The notes: generated by a model not told the origin, from the letters alone. DNA of 64,000 bases from Polyangiaceae bacterium (GCA_965222375.1 CBDCTZ010000016.1:3104001-3168000); one strand, 5' to 3'; shown: positions 37,157 to 47,865, counted from the stretch's first letter. A program made the numbers and translations.

Positions 37157-39369
37157 TGACGGACCTACTGGATAATGAAACCGCGACGAACATCGAAGTC
37201 CCGCAGACACAAGGTGGCGTCAAGACCAGGAATGGTGCGGGCAAACGAACTACGGCGAGGACGGCAAAACGCGCGTCGACTCGATCGGCTGTAGACGACT
37301 CCGAACTGCTCGACCTTCGTGGTCAAATCGACGCCATCCGCAAGGCGCAGGCGGTGATCGAGTTCAATATGGATGGGACGATCATCGACGCGAACGACAA
37401 CTTCCTCAATGCTGTTGGCTACCGTCTGGAAGAAATCAAGGGGCAGCACCACCGAATGTTCGTGGAGCCGGCCTTCGCACACAGCGCTGAATACGCCGAG
37501 TTCTGGGCGAAGCTCAGTCGGGGTGAACACGAGGCGAAGGAGTACAAGCGCCTCGGCAAGGGCGGCAAGGAAGTATGGATTCAGGCGTCCTACAATCCCA
37601 TCCTCGACCTGAATGGCAAGCCGTTCAAGGTCGTCAAGTACGCCACCGATGTCACCGAGCAGAAGCTGGAGACCGCCAACTTCGAAGGTCAGATCGAGGC
37701 TATTGGCAAGGCGCAGGCGGTGATCGAGTTCAATATGGATGGGACGATCATCGACGCGAACGACAACTTCCTCAATGCTGTTGGCTACCGTCTGGAAGAA
37801 ATCAAGGGGCAGCACCACCGAATGTTCGTGGAGCCGGCCTTCGCACACAGCGCTGAATACGCCGAGTTCTGGGCGAAGCTCAGTCGGGGTGAACACGAGG
37901 CGAAGGAGTACAAGCGCCTCGGCAAGGGCGGCAAGGAAGTATGGATTCAGGCGTCCTACAATCCCATCCTCGACCTGAATGGCAAGCCGTTCAAGGTCGT
38001 CAAGTACGCCACCGATGTTACCAAGCAGAAGCTGGAGACCGCCAACTTCGAAGGTCAGATCGAGGCTATTGGCAAGGCGCAGGCGGTGATCGAGTTCAAT
38101 ATGGATGGGACGATCATCGACGCGAACGACAACTTCCTCAATGCTGTTGGCTACCGTCTGGAAGAAATCAAGGGGCAGCACCACCGAATGTTCGTGGAGC
38201 CGACCTTCGCACACAGCGCGGAGTACGCCGAGTTCTGGGCGAAGCTCAATCGGGGAGAATACGAGACGAAGGAATACAAGCGTCTCGGCAAAGGCGGCAA
38301 GGAAGTTTGGATTCAGGCGTCCTACAATCCCATCCTCGACCTGAATGGCAAGCCGTTCAAGGTCGTCAAGTACGCCACCGATGTTACCAAGCAGAAACTG
38401 GCTGCGGTCGAACTTCAAACAAAGGTCGATTCCATGCTTGTGGTCATTGCGGCCGCGGCGAAGGGGGACCTCACCAAGACCGTCGATACTTGCGGAGACG
38501 ACGCCATCGGTAAGATGGGAGAAGGGCTCGCAGGGTTCCTCGGAGACCTCCGCGAAACGGTAGCCGGTATCGGGCGCCATTCATCTGGTCTTGGTGCATC
38601 CTCGCAGCAACTGCTCGAGGTCAGTCAGACCATGGGGGCCACCGCCGAAGAAACTTCTCGCCAAGCAACTGTCGTGTCGGCCGCCGCCCAGCAAGTTAGT
38701 CAAAACGTCAGCACCGTCGCCGCAGGCGTCGAAGAACTCAACACCAGCGTCCGCGAAATCGCTGAAAATGCCGCGGAGGCATCCTCGGTGGCGACCGAAG
38801 GCGTGCGCGTCGCCGAGTCAACCACCGGCAGCGTTGCGAAGCTAGGTGAGAGTAGCACCGAGATCGGCAAGGTCATCAAGGTCATCACATCTATCGCGCA
38901 GCAGACGAATCTCCTGGCGCTCAATGCAACCATCGAGGCTGCTCGTGCAGGCGAAGCGGGCAAGGGCTTTGCGGTTGTTGCGAACGAGGTGAAGGAGCTT
39001 GCGAAGGAAACCGCCAAAGCCACCGAGGACATCGGGCAGAAGATCGAAGCTATTCAAGGAGATACTGGAGACGCGGTCACCGCCATCGAGCGGATCAGCA
39101 CCATCATTGGGAGAATCAACGAAATACAAACCACCATTGCAACGGCTGTGGAGGAGCAGACGGCGACGACGACAGAGATCAGTCGCAACATTGGAGAGGC
39201 GTCGCGCGGCTCCAGCGACATTGCCGAGAACATCGAGAGCGTCGCGCAAGCCGCACAGAGCACGGCTGAAGGCGCCGCTGCGACGCAGACCGCGGCGCAA
39301 GAGCTTGGCGGAATGTCCAAGGACCTGAATGAGATGGTTGGGCAATTCAGCTACGGTGCGGTCCAATAG
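37156..39369 (+). CDS. Soluble methyl-accepting chemotaxis protein with three PAS/PAC domains
   Basis: 3x [26 protein letters not shown], then [30 protein letters not shown]; no TM helix. Confidence 0.93.
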   Translation: MTDLLDNETATNIEVPQTQGGVKTRNGAGKRTTARTAKRASTRSAVDDSELLDLRGQIDAIRKAQAVIEFNMDGTIIDANDNFLNAVGYRLEEIKGQHHRMFVEPAFAHSAEYAEFWAKLSRGEHEAKEYKRLGKGGKEVWIQASYNPILDLNGKPFKVVKYATDVTEQKLETANFEGQIEAIGKAQAVIEFNMDGTIIDANDNFLNAVGYRLEEIKGQHHRMFVEPAFAHSAEYAEFWAKLSRGEHEAKEYKRLGKGGKEVWIQASYNPILDLNGKPFKVVKYATDVTKQKLETANFEGQIEAIGKAQAVIEFNMDGTIIDANDNFLNAVGYRLEEIKGQHHRMFVEPTFAHSAEYAEFWAKLNRGEYETKEYKRLGKGGKEVWIQASYNPILDLNGKPFKVVKYATDVTKQKLAAVELQTKVDSMLVVIAAAAKGDLTKTVDTCGDDAIGKMGEGLAGFLGDLRETVAGIGRHSSGLGASSQQLLEVSQTMGATAEETSRQATVVSAAAQQVSQNVSTVAAGVEELNTSVREIAENAAEASSVATEGVRVAESTTGSVAKLGESSTEIGKVIKVITSIAQQTNLLALNATIEAARAGEAGKGFAVVANEVKELAKETAKATEDIGQKIEAIQGDTGDAVTAIERISTIIGRINEIQTTIATAVEEQTATTTEISRNIGEASRGSSDIAENIESVAQAAQSTAEGAAATQTAAQELGGMSKDLNEMVGQFSYGAVQ
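37341..38395 (+). repeat. Three near-identical 366-bp tandem repeats encoding PAS domains
   Basis: Units start at 37341, 37707, 38073; copies 1 and 2 differ at about 2 nt by eye. Confidence 0.92.
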
Positions 39370-39502
39370 TGACCCAACACCGCACTGCCCTCGTTGGCGA
39401 GAGTCATGCGTCCTCAGGTTGCGACCGAGATTCCTTCATGAAACGTCTCCCTTCTTGCGAAGTACGGCTGACGATCCAGCTGTTCTGGGCTGTGGCGTCG
39501 TG

Positions 39503-40621
39503 TTGAAGCCGGTTCGAGTCCTGCTGGTCGACGACTCGGTTGTGATCCGCCGGCTCGTGGCGGACGCACTCTCTGCGGATTCGCGGATCGAGATTGTCGG
39601 TACCGCACCCAACGGTCGGATCGGCCTCAGCAAGATCGAGCGCCTGAAGCCAGAAGTCGTCGTGCTTGATGTGGAGATGCCGGTTCTTGACGGCCTGGGT
39701 ACGCTTGCGGAGCTGCGCAAGCTGGTGCGCGCGCCCCGCGTGATCATGTTCAGCACCATAACCACGCAAGGGGCCAAAGCAACTGTAGAGGCGCTCGCTC
39801 TGGGTGCAGCTGACTACGTTACCAAGCCAGCGAATGTCGGGAGCGTCGCGGAAGCGCAGCATCGCGTGCGCGAGGAATTGGTCCCCAAGGTTCTCGCCCT
39901 CGTGCGGCGATACGTCACCGCGGAGCGTGCGGCCCAGAAGAGCCTGCCCTGTGCGAGACCTCGTGTCACTCCGCCTGCCTTTCGCACGCGTCCTGCACCA
40001 GTGGATGTCATCGTGATCGGCTCGTCAACCGGGGGGCCCAACGCGCTCGCCGAAGTGATCTCGCAGCTGCCATCGCCGTTGCCTGTGCCACTGTTGATCG
40101 CGCAACACATGCCCCCGATGTTCACAAAGATGCTGGCAGCACGTCTTGATGAGCTCAGCCCGCTTACCGTGACCGAGGCAAAGTCGGGCGATTCGCTCTC
40201 GCCCGACCGCGCCTACGTAGCGCCGGGTGGGCTTCACCTATCCGTCGCGCCGGGCGGCCTGCAGGGGAGTGGGTATATCACTCGCGTGCACGATGGGCCT
40301 CCCGAGAACTCATGTCGACCCGCGGTGGATGTGCTCTTCCGGTCTGCTGTGGAGGCGTTCGGTGCGCATACGTTGGGTGTCGTGCTCACCGGAATGGGCA
40401 AGGACGGGCTCGTTGGGTGTGAGCTCATCAAGGCGGCCGGCGGGCAGGTGGTGTCTCAGGATGAGGAGACATCTGTGGTCTGGGGAATGCCGGGCTGGGT
40501 AGCGAAGTGCGGGGTGACGGATCGCGTAGCGCCTATTTCGGACATTTCCGTCGAGATCGAGCGCCGGCTCAGACCCCAGCGACCTGGGGTGGGGCAGGTG
40601 CGGTCGCAGAGATCCGCATGA
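39503..40621 (+). CDS. cheB: Chemotaxis methylesterase CheB
   Basis: VLLVDDS REC, GSSTGGP, QHMP, RPAVDVLF, LTGMGKDG; start approximate. Confidence 0.93.
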   Translation: MKPVRVLLVDDSVVIRRLVADALSADSRIEIVGTAPNGRIGLSKIERLKPEVVVLDVEMPVLDGLGTLAELRKLVRAPRVIMFSTITTQGAKATVEALALGAADYVTKPANVGSVAEAQHRVREELVPKVLALVRRYVTAERAAQKSLPCARPRVTPPAFRTRPAPVDVIVIGSSTGGPNALAEVISQLPSPLPVPLLIAQHMPPMFTKMLAARLDELSPLTVTEAKSGDSLSPDRAYVAPGGLHLSVAPGGLQGSGYITRVHDGPPENSCRPAVDVLFRSAVEAFGAHTLGVVLTGMGKDGLVGCELIKAAGGQVVSQDEETSVVWGMPGWVAKCGVTDRVAPISDISVEIERRLRPQRPGVGQVRSQRSA

Positions 40622-41442
40622 CCAAGCCCGTGCTGCACCAGTTCATTCGAGACTTCCTCCGACAGCGCTGTGCGATCGTGCTCGACGCGAATAAGGGATA
40701 TCTCATTGAGTCCCGCCTCGGGCCGCTGTGCCCTTCTCACGACTGCGCCGACCTCGGAGAGCTGGTGGAGACTCTGCGGAAGGAACCGGGCGGAGCCCTG
40801 GCCCAGGACGTGATCGAAGCACTGACCACGAACGAGACCAGCTTCTATCGTGACCCTAACTGCTGGCGCGCCCTCAGGGAAGAAGTCCTCCCCGAGTTGA
40901 TTAGACGTAGAGCGCGCTTTCGTACGTTGAACATCTGGAGCGCCGCGGCGTCTACAGGGCAAGAAGCGTATTCGCTCGCCATGATACTCTACGAAATGCC
41001 AGCCCTTGTAGGCTGGCGTGTCAACATTGTCGCGACAGATATAGACGAACGTGTGCTTGCACATGCTTCCAAGGGTGAGTACTCGCAGCTAGAGGTGAGC
41101 CGGGGACTCCCCAACGCCCTGCTCGAGAAGCACCTTAGCGCGGTGGGTACAGCGTGGCGGGTGCGCGGCCACATTCGTAGGATGGTTACGTTTGAGAAGC
41201 TAAACCTCGCGCAACCATGGTCCAGGAAGGAAACCATGGATCTGGTACTCATGCGCAACGTGCTCATCTATTTCGACCAGGCAACGAAGCGGGACGTCTT
41301 GGTGCGCGTGGCCGACATTCTCCGACCGGACGGGTATCTCTGTCTGGGCGGCGCGGAAACAACTCTCAACATCACTGGCAGATTCATCCCCGTGCGAATG
41401 GGTCGGACGACCATGTATAGGCTGCCAAAAGGAGCACCGTGA
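40618..41442 (+). CDS. cheR: Chemotaxis methyltransferase CheR
   Basis: LTTNETSFYRD, IWSAAASTGQEAYS, ATDID, RNVLIYF. Confidence 0.93.
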   Translation: MTKPVLHQFIRDFLRQRCAIVLDANKGYLIESRLGPLCPSHDCADLGELVETLRKEPGGALAQDVIEALTTNETSFYRDPNCWRALREEVLPELIRRRARFRTLNIWSAAASTGQEAYSLAMILYEMPALVGWRVNIVATDIDERVLAHASKGEYSQLEVSRGLPNALLEKHLSAVGTAWRVRGHIRRMVTFEKLNLAQPWSRKETMDLVLMRNVLIYFDQATKRDVLVRVADILRPDGYLCLGGAETTLNITGRFIPVRMGRTTMYRLPKGAP

Positions 41443-41783
41443 CGCGGTCGAAACATACGTGGCGCGGCCTGCCGCCGCGAAGTCGGCGAAACGGTCTGCC
41501 GGCCCCGTCGGGCGAGCAGCGTTGTCCCAAGTGACCGAAGCGCTACCAGCAGACCGAGGTGCCGCCCGTCGAGCCGCACACCACGTGTCAGCGGGCATCC
41601 GAAACAGCGTCTAAGTGGGTGGCATGGCGGTGGTGCCCAGATTTGCGCGTGAGTGAAGCCCAGATTTACGCCATCTGTTTGAGCGCGTGAAATTGGGCCT
41701 GGTCGGGTGGGCGCCTGGAACGGGGGGCAGCCGAGGGGCCAAGAGTGAGGCGGCACGGCACGCCGTCCTCGAGGCCAAGCCCA

Positions 41784-42134
41784 ATGATGCGTCTGTCTGC
41801 CCAGCTTCAGGTTTCGAAAACGGAGATGCAACTTCTGGTGAGGTGTCCGGAAGAAGGCGATGTGCTGAAGGCGAGGCTGTCGCTGCGGCCGTCCCACCCT
41901 CGCGCTCTTCTAACATTGCTCGAAGGGCTAGCGCTGTGGAGCGGAGCGAAACTCTGCGTTGCGATTACTGCGGAGCAGAACTGCCCAAGTTGGCTCGACT
42001 CGGGGCTATTTGGCGACGAGCTATGGCCCGGGGAAAGCCAACTCGTGCAGTACGAGGTCGTCGGCCGCGCCCGCCCAAAGCGCCTGCGCGGCGTGGGTGA
42101 CTTTCGTCGCATACGTGGACGAGGTGCGCGGTGA
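41784..42134 (+). CDS. Hypothetical protein, intact accessory ORF coupled to istA
   Basis: Open 116-aa frame ([20 protein letters not shown]); its stop overlaps the istA GTG. Confidence 0.6.
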   Translation: MMRLSAQLQVSKTEMQLLVRCPEEGDVLKARLSLRPSHPRALLTLLEGLALWSGAKLCVAITAEQNCPSWLDSGLFGDELWPGESQLVQYEVVGRARPKRLRGVGDFRRIRGRGAR

Positions 42135-42789
42135 TCAGCAAGGGGCGCAGGGCCGAGATTCTGCGCCTGTACCACGCGGAGAAGTGGAAGATCGGGACGA
42201 TTGCCCAGCAGCTTGGCATCAGTATCGCGATCTCGACGATCTGAATCAGCAGGCGCTCGACTGGTGCCTGGGCACTGCGGCAGAGCGTCGCTGTCCGGAG
42301 GATGGGACCCTGAAGGTCTCGGAGGCCTTCGCCGAGGAAAAGCCGCGCCTGTTGGAGCTGCCGAACCATCCATTCCTGACTGACGAGCGCATCGAGGTTG
42401 CCGTGGGCAAGACGCCTTACGTGCGTTTCGACCTGAACGACTACTCCATTCCGGCGCCATCGTCCCGAAAGCTTTTCAAAGTGCTGGCCGAGCAAGGCAA
42501 GAACCTGGGCGGCGCGACGATTGCGATGCTCAAGTAGCTGGACCGAGTTGGGGCTGCGGAGCTGGAAGCTGCGCTCGCCGAGGTTGTGCAACTCGGCACG
42601 CCACACCTTGCCGCTGTGCACCACGTCCTCGAGCGACGCCGCTACGAGCGCGGCACCCCTCCACCCGTGGGGCGACACCTTCCCGACGACGACCGTGTGC
42701 AAGGCCCGGTCGTCACCCCGCATTCACTCAGCGACTACGACGATATTGGGAGAGACGATGATGACAACGACGACGAGCGATCAGGCTGA
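42131..42789 (+). pseudogene. istA: IS21 transposase IstA remnant
   Basis: N-terminal HTH ([20 protein letters not shown]) joined out of frame at ~42220 to the C-terminal part (DLDDLN..KTPYVRFDLNDYSIP); no catalytic core; in-frame TAG at 42535. Confidence 0.78.
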
Positions 42790-43180
42790 CAAGGATCCGC
42801 GAGAGCGTGCGCACCGCCTGGGGTTGCACGGTCTTCTGGCCAACTGGGACGACGTGGTGAGCGCAGATTGGCTTGGTCCCTTGCTCGCCTGCGAGGAAGC
42901 CGAACGCACCCGGCGCAGTCTGGAACGTCGCATCAAGCATGCCCGACTGGGTCGATTCAAACTGCTCGCCGACTTCGATTGGAAGTGGCCGAAGAAGATC
43001 GACAAGAGCGCCGTCGACGAACTCTTCCGCCTCAATCTATTCGCCGAAGGCGCCAACGCCGTGTTGCTCGGGCCCAACGGCGTCGGCAAGACGATGTTGC
43101 TCAAGAATCTCGCACATCACTGCGTGATGCGCGGCTACAACGAACGCGCCGCCTCCAAAAAGGCGAACAAGACCAAATAG
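42758..43180 (+). pseudogene. istB: IS21 helper ATPase IstB, truncated after Walker A
   Basis: RSLERRIKHARLGRFK.LADFDW.WP, GPNGVGKT, then premature end; no Walker B. Confidence 0.8.
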
Positions 43181-43301
43181 ACGCCCCCATCTCTGCGCTC
43201 AGACGCTCCATTCCTTCCACCAGTTGCTGACTGTTCGCTGTGTTCGTCATGCGGATTCATTCCCACGACGAACACACTCGCTCAACACCAGGCCTGAAGG
43301 G

Positions 43302-43805
43302 TTACACTACGTCTGCTGTGCGACGGCCACGCAGATACGGCGCTGGTGCTCCGACGCCAAGTTGCCCCCCGTCTTTGCGCAGAACGGAGACACGAAGGGC
43401 CTCCCCTGCGCAGATGAACGCCTGGCGTGCCTGCACCTGCGTTCCAGGAATTGACAGTCCCTCGAACCCTATGGTGACGGTGGGCAAGGACAGCTGACAG
43501 GGGCCTGGTACAAGCGACTTGATGTTGCCACCGATCATGTTCGCTAGTTCCCCGATGGCGTCCACGATGTCACTGTCATGCATCGCTTTGGGGGGCATGT
43601 CGAAGAGCGTGGCGGTCATTTGGCGTGCGAGGATTGTCGAGCAGTCCACAGCTACCGCGAGCTCCCACGCGCCGACGATGTGGATGCAACCCGTCACCAT
43701 CGCTTGGGCGCCCGGCGACCAAGCGGGCGCCAAGTCGGGTTCATCTCCAAGCAGCCCAACCCATACTCGCCGTGTAATTTGAGTAACGTCATCCTCTCCC
43801 AACAC
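43302..43805 (-). CDS. cheX: Chemotaxis phosphatase CheX family protein
   Basis: G.I.I.GAW, DAIGELANMIGGNIK, LSLPTV; start approximate. Confidence 0.8.
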   Translation of the reverse strand: MLGEDDVTQITRRVWVGLLGDEPDLAPAWSPGAQAMVTGCIHIVGAWELAVAVDCSTILARQMTATLFDMPPKAMHDSDIVDAIGELANMIGGNIKSLVPGPCQLSLPTVTIGFEGLSIPGTQVQARQAFICAGEALRVSVLRKDGGQLGVGAPAPYLRGRRTADVV

Positions 43806-43980
43806 CGGAGCCCCCTGTGCGCCATCGACCGTCCGGCTCGGCGCGGCCCGACCGCGCGCCCTTTGCAGGAGGTACACTATCTTGCTTCGCCATACCGTTG
43901 GGAACGGTGCGAGTGGCCGAATCTTGAGCAACTACTCATGGGTCGAAGAATCCACTGCTTGTTTCGTTGATTGTTCGGGG

Positions 43981-45240
43981 TCAGAGTGCGTACAGGATTA
44001 TCACGCCGCCGTCTTCATCCGTCATCGCTGCGTGCGTTCGAGCGAGCCTGAGCCAGTCGTGTTTCATCTCTTCGACTTCGGTTAGCGCCCCCACTTTCGA
44101 GTGGCAGTTCTCGGGCATCGTGTTGAACTCCGCGCTGAGCACGTTGCAGATTTCTGCTGTGGCTTCGACGCAGCTTTCTGATGGGACACCGTCTTGAAGC
44201 TGCTGTTGAATCTCGGGCGTCGGCAACATGAGCAAGGTGCCACCCCAGCGTGTGATCGCGTTGGCGTTGAGGGCCATGGCTCCCACCGTTGCGTCACCGT
44301 CGTTTCTCAGTTCGCAAACGTATGCCATCTTCCCCGGCTCCGTGGGATGGAGGGCCACTCTCTCCCCGAGCAGCGCGCCGAGTCGTTCGCCAATCTCTTT
44401 CGCCTGGGGTAGCACGAGTGGCACCTCAGGTATCGGTGGCGCGTCGAGCGCACCGGACATCTCCTCGGAGTTGCCTTTGGACGCCTCGCGACCGTCGAGT
44501 ATGTGCGCAGCCGCCGCCTCTCCCTGGTGAGTGTCGACCCTGGCGTGGTCCGCTGCCGCAGTTGCCTCCGTGCTGACCACGCCGTTGTCAGCGGGCGTTT
44601 GTTCCGCTCTGGCTGGGTGAGCTACGGGGCTCCCTGTCGGGGTTGGCTGGACCACCGTGGCGTCCGACTTAGCTGCCGCTGCTGCGTGTCCCGCCCTTGC
44701 TTTCTCTGGCTCCGAGTCAGTGGCGGGCCGGACTTGCTGATTCGGCCAGGAGGAGTGGCCGAATGTCTTCTGGTTGGTTTCGGACAGCGCCCGTTGCCGT
44801 TCCAGTCTTGCCACCTTCTTTTGCAGACTGACCTGAGATTGTCGCAGGAGCATGAACTCAACCTGCAATTCGGCAATCGACGCCGCGTGAGGACACGGAC
44901 CACAACCACTTAGGTCAGCACCTCCGAGCTGCCTTGCGCGCTCGCCGCTAGCGTTGACAAAAGACGGGCTCTGACCCATCGGCATCCAGGCCTCGCCCCT
45001 AGCTCTATAGGTGGAGTTCTGATGATCTGTGCTTCGAAAGATGGCCTCCGCACCAAGAGCCAACTTTCTGCTGCCCAGATTGCGTAGCTTGCTCAAAATA
45101 GCTACGGCCCCTGACACCAGCGTAGTCTCCGGAGAGAAGACCTGGCCGTCGCTCGACTTCAGTCCGGTAACTTCGAGCACCCATCCGGCGCGGTCCCGCC
45201 AAAGACGGTTCGGTTTCTCATCTAGCGCTGTGCGGGGCAT
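43981..45240 (-). CDS. Hypothetical protein with C-terminal CheC/CheX-like domain
   Basis: Coiled coil, low-complexity linker, C-terminal GG.LLMLP...EATAEICNVLS; located between cheY and cheX; start uncertain. Confidence 0.5.
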   Translation of the reverse strand: MPRTALDEKPNRLWRDRAGWVLEVTGLKSSDGQVFSPETTLVSGAVAILSKLRNLGSRKLALGAEAIFRSTDHQNSTYRARGEAWMPMGQSPSFVNASGERARQLGGADLSGCGPCPHAASIAELQVEFMLLRQSQVSLQKKVARLERQRALSETNQKTFGHSSWPNQQVRPATDSEPEKARAGHAAAAAKSDATVVQPTPTGSPVAHPARAEQTPADNGVVSTEATAAADHARVDTHQGEAAAAHILDGREASKGNSEEMSGALDAPPIPEVPLVLPQAKEIGERLGALLGERVALHPTEPGKMAYVCELRNDGDATVGAMALNANAITRWGGTLLMLPTPEIQQQLQDGVPSESCVEATAEICNVLSAEFNTMPENCHSKVGALTEVEEMKHDWLRLARTHAAMTDEDGGVIILYAL

Positions 45241-45510
45241 CCACTAGTACAAGAACGGCAGGTTCGACCAGAACCCTGAGTCCGCACTTGACGACTCCCG
45301 CACGGCTCTTCGATCTTGTTCGCCGTGCATCACCTTCGGGACGGGCGGTGCACAGACTACGTTTTCAGGTTTCACTCTGGGTACCCTGGCGCGACCGCAT
45401 GTCGACGGACAGGAGCTCACGAAGCGGAAGTGCATGGGCGACCTTGGAGACAGGCCGATGGAGATTTCGGGAAGCGTGCTCATGCTCGAAAGCCCCCGCA
45501 GTTCGTACTA

Positions 45511-45876
45511 CTAGTCTTTCAATACGGGCTCTAGCGCCGCTTGCATGTCATCAGCCGTGAACGGCTTGGCAAGCAAGAACGTGGCGCCTGCCTCCTCGGC
45601 GCGAGAACGCATATGAGGCGTAGCTTCTGACGTGACGAAGCCGAAGGGCAGTGTGCACCCTTCCGCGCGCAGCTGGATGAGTAGCTCGATTCCTGTCATC
45701 TCAGGCATGTTCCAGTCACAAAGAACAATCTGGGGCGCGTTTGCCCGGATTGCCTTCAGCGCTTGCTTCCCGTTTTCGAACTCTTCGACTACGTGGCTTC
45801 CCGGTACGGCGTTGCGCAAAGCCCGTTTCACGATGTGCCGCATGACTTTGCTGTCGTCCACTACCATAATGCGCAT
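45511..45876 (-). CDS. cheY: Single-domain response regulator CheY
   Basis: IMVVDDS, CDWNMPEMTG, VTSE, LAKPFT. Confidence 0.85.
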   Translation of the reverse strand: MRIMVVDDSKVMRHIVKRALRNAVPGSHVVEEFENGKQALKAIRANAPQIVLCDWNMPEMTGIELLIQLRAEGCTLPFGFVTSEATPHMRSRAEEAGATFLLAKPFTADDMQAALEPVLKD

Positions 45877-45912
45877 TTTTCTTACTTTCGATTCTTGCTG
45901 CCCTTGCATCAA

Positions 45913-45939
45913 GGAACGGCAGGCAGGAGGAATCCTTGA
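45913..45939 (-). promoter_or_regulatory. Probable sigma28 promoter of cheY
   Basis: TCAAG-N14-GCCGTTCC on the minus strand. Confidence 0.6.
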
Positions 45940-46061
45940 GGAATCCAGTTGGAGTATCGAGTACGGCGTCGAAAGGAACATCCACCGTGACGAGAGCGAC
46001 CCTGTCCGACACGACCTGAGAGGACGGGGCGACTCGGTGCTTGCACAGCTGAACTCTGTGG

Positions 46062-47396
46062 TCACTGAGGAAGGGCGGACTCGCGAATGGCTCCCCAGAG
46101 TTCTGCGACGGCGTCGTCTTCTGGGGCGAGTTGGACCGCTAGTTCTGCCTCGAGGCGCGCGTCTGCCATGCGGCCGTCGCTGAGCAAGAGCCATCCAAAC
46201 GTGACGTGGAACGCCGCGCTGTGGATTTCGCCGTAGGCGCGCAGTCGGTCAAAGACGTGGATGCCCCCCGCGTAGTCACCGCGCTCGGCGCAAATACGTG
46301 CGACCTCACCGGCGACGTCGACCCGATCCGGTGCTAGCGACAGTGCGGTGCGCCATGCGGCGGGCGCGTCGGGGTGGCCAAGCAGCTCGGCGGCGTGGGC
46401 GGCAATGCGAGCTGCGCAGGGCTCCGTGGGCTCGAGCTCCAAAGCGCGGACACTGAGGCCGAGGGCGCCGCGGGGATCATCGGTTAGCAATGCGATTTCG
46501 GCCATGGCGGCGTAGGTTGCTGCGCACTCCGGGTCGGCGGCCTGCGCTGCGTTGAGAGCGCCGACGGCGGCATCTCCCTGGCCCAACTGGATCTCGCACC
46601 GCGCTTCACCTAGGTGGGCTTCTCGCGTTGTCGCGGCGTTGCCTCCTTGAGAGCCCCGGCTGAAGGCGTCCCGCGCGGCCTCGAAGTCCCCGGCGTGCTC
46701 TGCCTGGGCGGCTTCGACCAGAGCGTCAGCCCAGAGCGTACGAACTGGCCAGGCCCAGCAGGCGACGAAGCTGCCCCGCTGCATGATCCAACCGTCGAGT
46801 GCCAGGCCAGCCCGGGTCAGCAGGCGCTGCAGCTCTTGGGACGAAAACGCTCGTCGCAAGGGTGCCGTGAGTCGCTGTCGGACGACGGCGCTCGGTTCCG
46901 CGATCACGATCTGCGCGTGTGCTTCGGCTGCCTCGCGCACATGCATCAATACGGCCAGAGGTTGCTTCACGTGGCCCAATACGTCGGCGATGATGACATG
47001 GCTCGCTTGCAGCTCTGGAAAGGGCTGCTCGATGTCATGACTGACTACTTCGACATCGTCGGTGTATTCCCGCGCGAAGACCAATGCTTCGGAGTCTCGC
47101 TCCAGCCCAATGACCCGGCCTGCGCGTCGCCGCATCACACTTGCCCCTTCGCCAGCCCCACAACCGACATCCAGGCAGACACCGCCCCGGCACCGCCGGG
47201 CGAGCTCCGCGTAGAAGGCACGGGTGGGAGGCGCGCCCCCGCGCAAGCCAGGATAGCTCCGGCTGCGACTACGAGGGGTGCGCACGATGGTGCCCGATTT
47301 GAAGTGGGCGTAGACCTCTGTTCGATTGGCGCTGCCGACGAAGACGGGCTCCCGACCGGGCTGCTCGGTGGGCTGCGTGCTGAGGCGCGTTGTCAT
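46062..47396 (-). CDS. Methyltransferase domain + TPR repeat protein
   Basis: CLDVGCGAG, DVLGHV..P, then TPR-like helices (ALELEP, ALSLAP); directly follows fliS. Confidence 0.7.
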   Translation of the reverse strand: MTTRLSTQPTEQPGREPVFVGSANRTEVYAHFKSGTIVRTPRSRSRSYPGLRGGAPPTRAFYAELARRCRGGVCLDVGCGAGEGASVMRRRAGRVIGLERDSEALVFAREYTDDVEVVSHDIEQPFPELQASHVIIADVLGHVKQPLAVLMHVREAAEAHAQIVIAEPSAVVRQRLTAPLRRAFSSQELQRLLTRAGLALDGWIMQRGSFVACWAWPVRTLWADALVEAAQAEHAGDFEAARDAFSRGSQGGNAATTREAHLGEARCEIQLGQGDAAVGALNAAQAADPECAATYAAMAEIALLTDDPRGALGLSVRALELEPTEPCAARIAAHAAELLGHPDAPAAWRTALSLAPDRVDVAGEVARICAERGDYAGGIHVFDRLRAYGEIHSAAFHVTFGWLLLSDGRMADARLEAELAVQLAPEDDAVAELWGAIRESALPQ

Positions 47397-47789
47397 CTAC
47401 TTGTTGGCTTTCTCCTTCTGCGCTTCGACCACGGCGACCGCCCAAGCCTCGCGCAGAGGCGTCAGAACTCGAATGACTTCATCCACGACTTCCGGGGTTC
47501 CTTTGAGATTGGCAAAGGTGATCTTGTCCATGCAAAAGCCGTACACGCCTTCGAGGTTGGCGCAGAGCTCTGGGTTCACGTCGTGGTCGAGGGCGATGTA
47601 GAGTTCGGAGACCACCGAGTAGGCCTTGCTCAGCAGTTCGCCCCCTCGGGCTTTGTCGCCCTTTGCCAAGCAGATCCGAGCTCCCTTCAAGAACCGAAAC
47701 AGCCCATCGTACAGAGCGATGAGCAGCTCTCCAGGGTTGGAGGTGTTGGCTTGGACTTCTTGGTAACGGAGCGCGGCTGTTTGCATCAT
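47397..47789 (-). CDS. fliS: Flagellin chaperone FliS
   Basis: YQEVQANT.NP..LLIALYDG, LSKA..VVSEL..ALD, NL..VY, LREAW. Confidence 0.92.
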   Translation of the reverse strand: MMQTAALRYQEVQANTSNPGELLIALYDGLFRFLKGARICLAKGDKARGGELLSKAYSVVSELYIALDHDVNPELCANLEGVYGFCMDKITFANLKGTPEVVDEVIRVLTPLREAWAVAVVEAQKEKANK

Positions 47790-47792
47790 GAT

Positions 47793-47853
47793 GTCAATAT
47801 GTTGACCGGCTGCAGGGCGCCGAACCTGAGCCCCCGAGAGTCATTCTTTTGAC
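47793..47853. promoter_or_regulatory. Two GTCA-N6-TGAC palindromes in the fliD-fliS spacer
   Basis: GTCAATATGTTGAC 47793-47806 and GTCATTCTTTTGAC 47840-47853. Confidence 0.55.
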
Positions 47854-47865
47854 GCTGAGCGAGCG

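Larger units (their letters stand above)
41586..43232 (+). mobile_element. Decayed IS21-family element (accessory ORF, deleted istA, truncated istB)
   Basis: Left end TGTCAGC at 41586 with repeated GCCCAGATTT; right end GCTGAC at 43226-43231; internal istA/istB fragments; ends tentative. Confidence 0.7.

Noticed and set aside
42535..42537. Programmed stop-codon readthrough or frameshift in istA
   Set aside because: The accompanying large deletions show ordinary pseudogenisation
45244..45510. Small ORFs between cheY and the downstream hypothetical gene
   Set aside because: No motifs or RBS support
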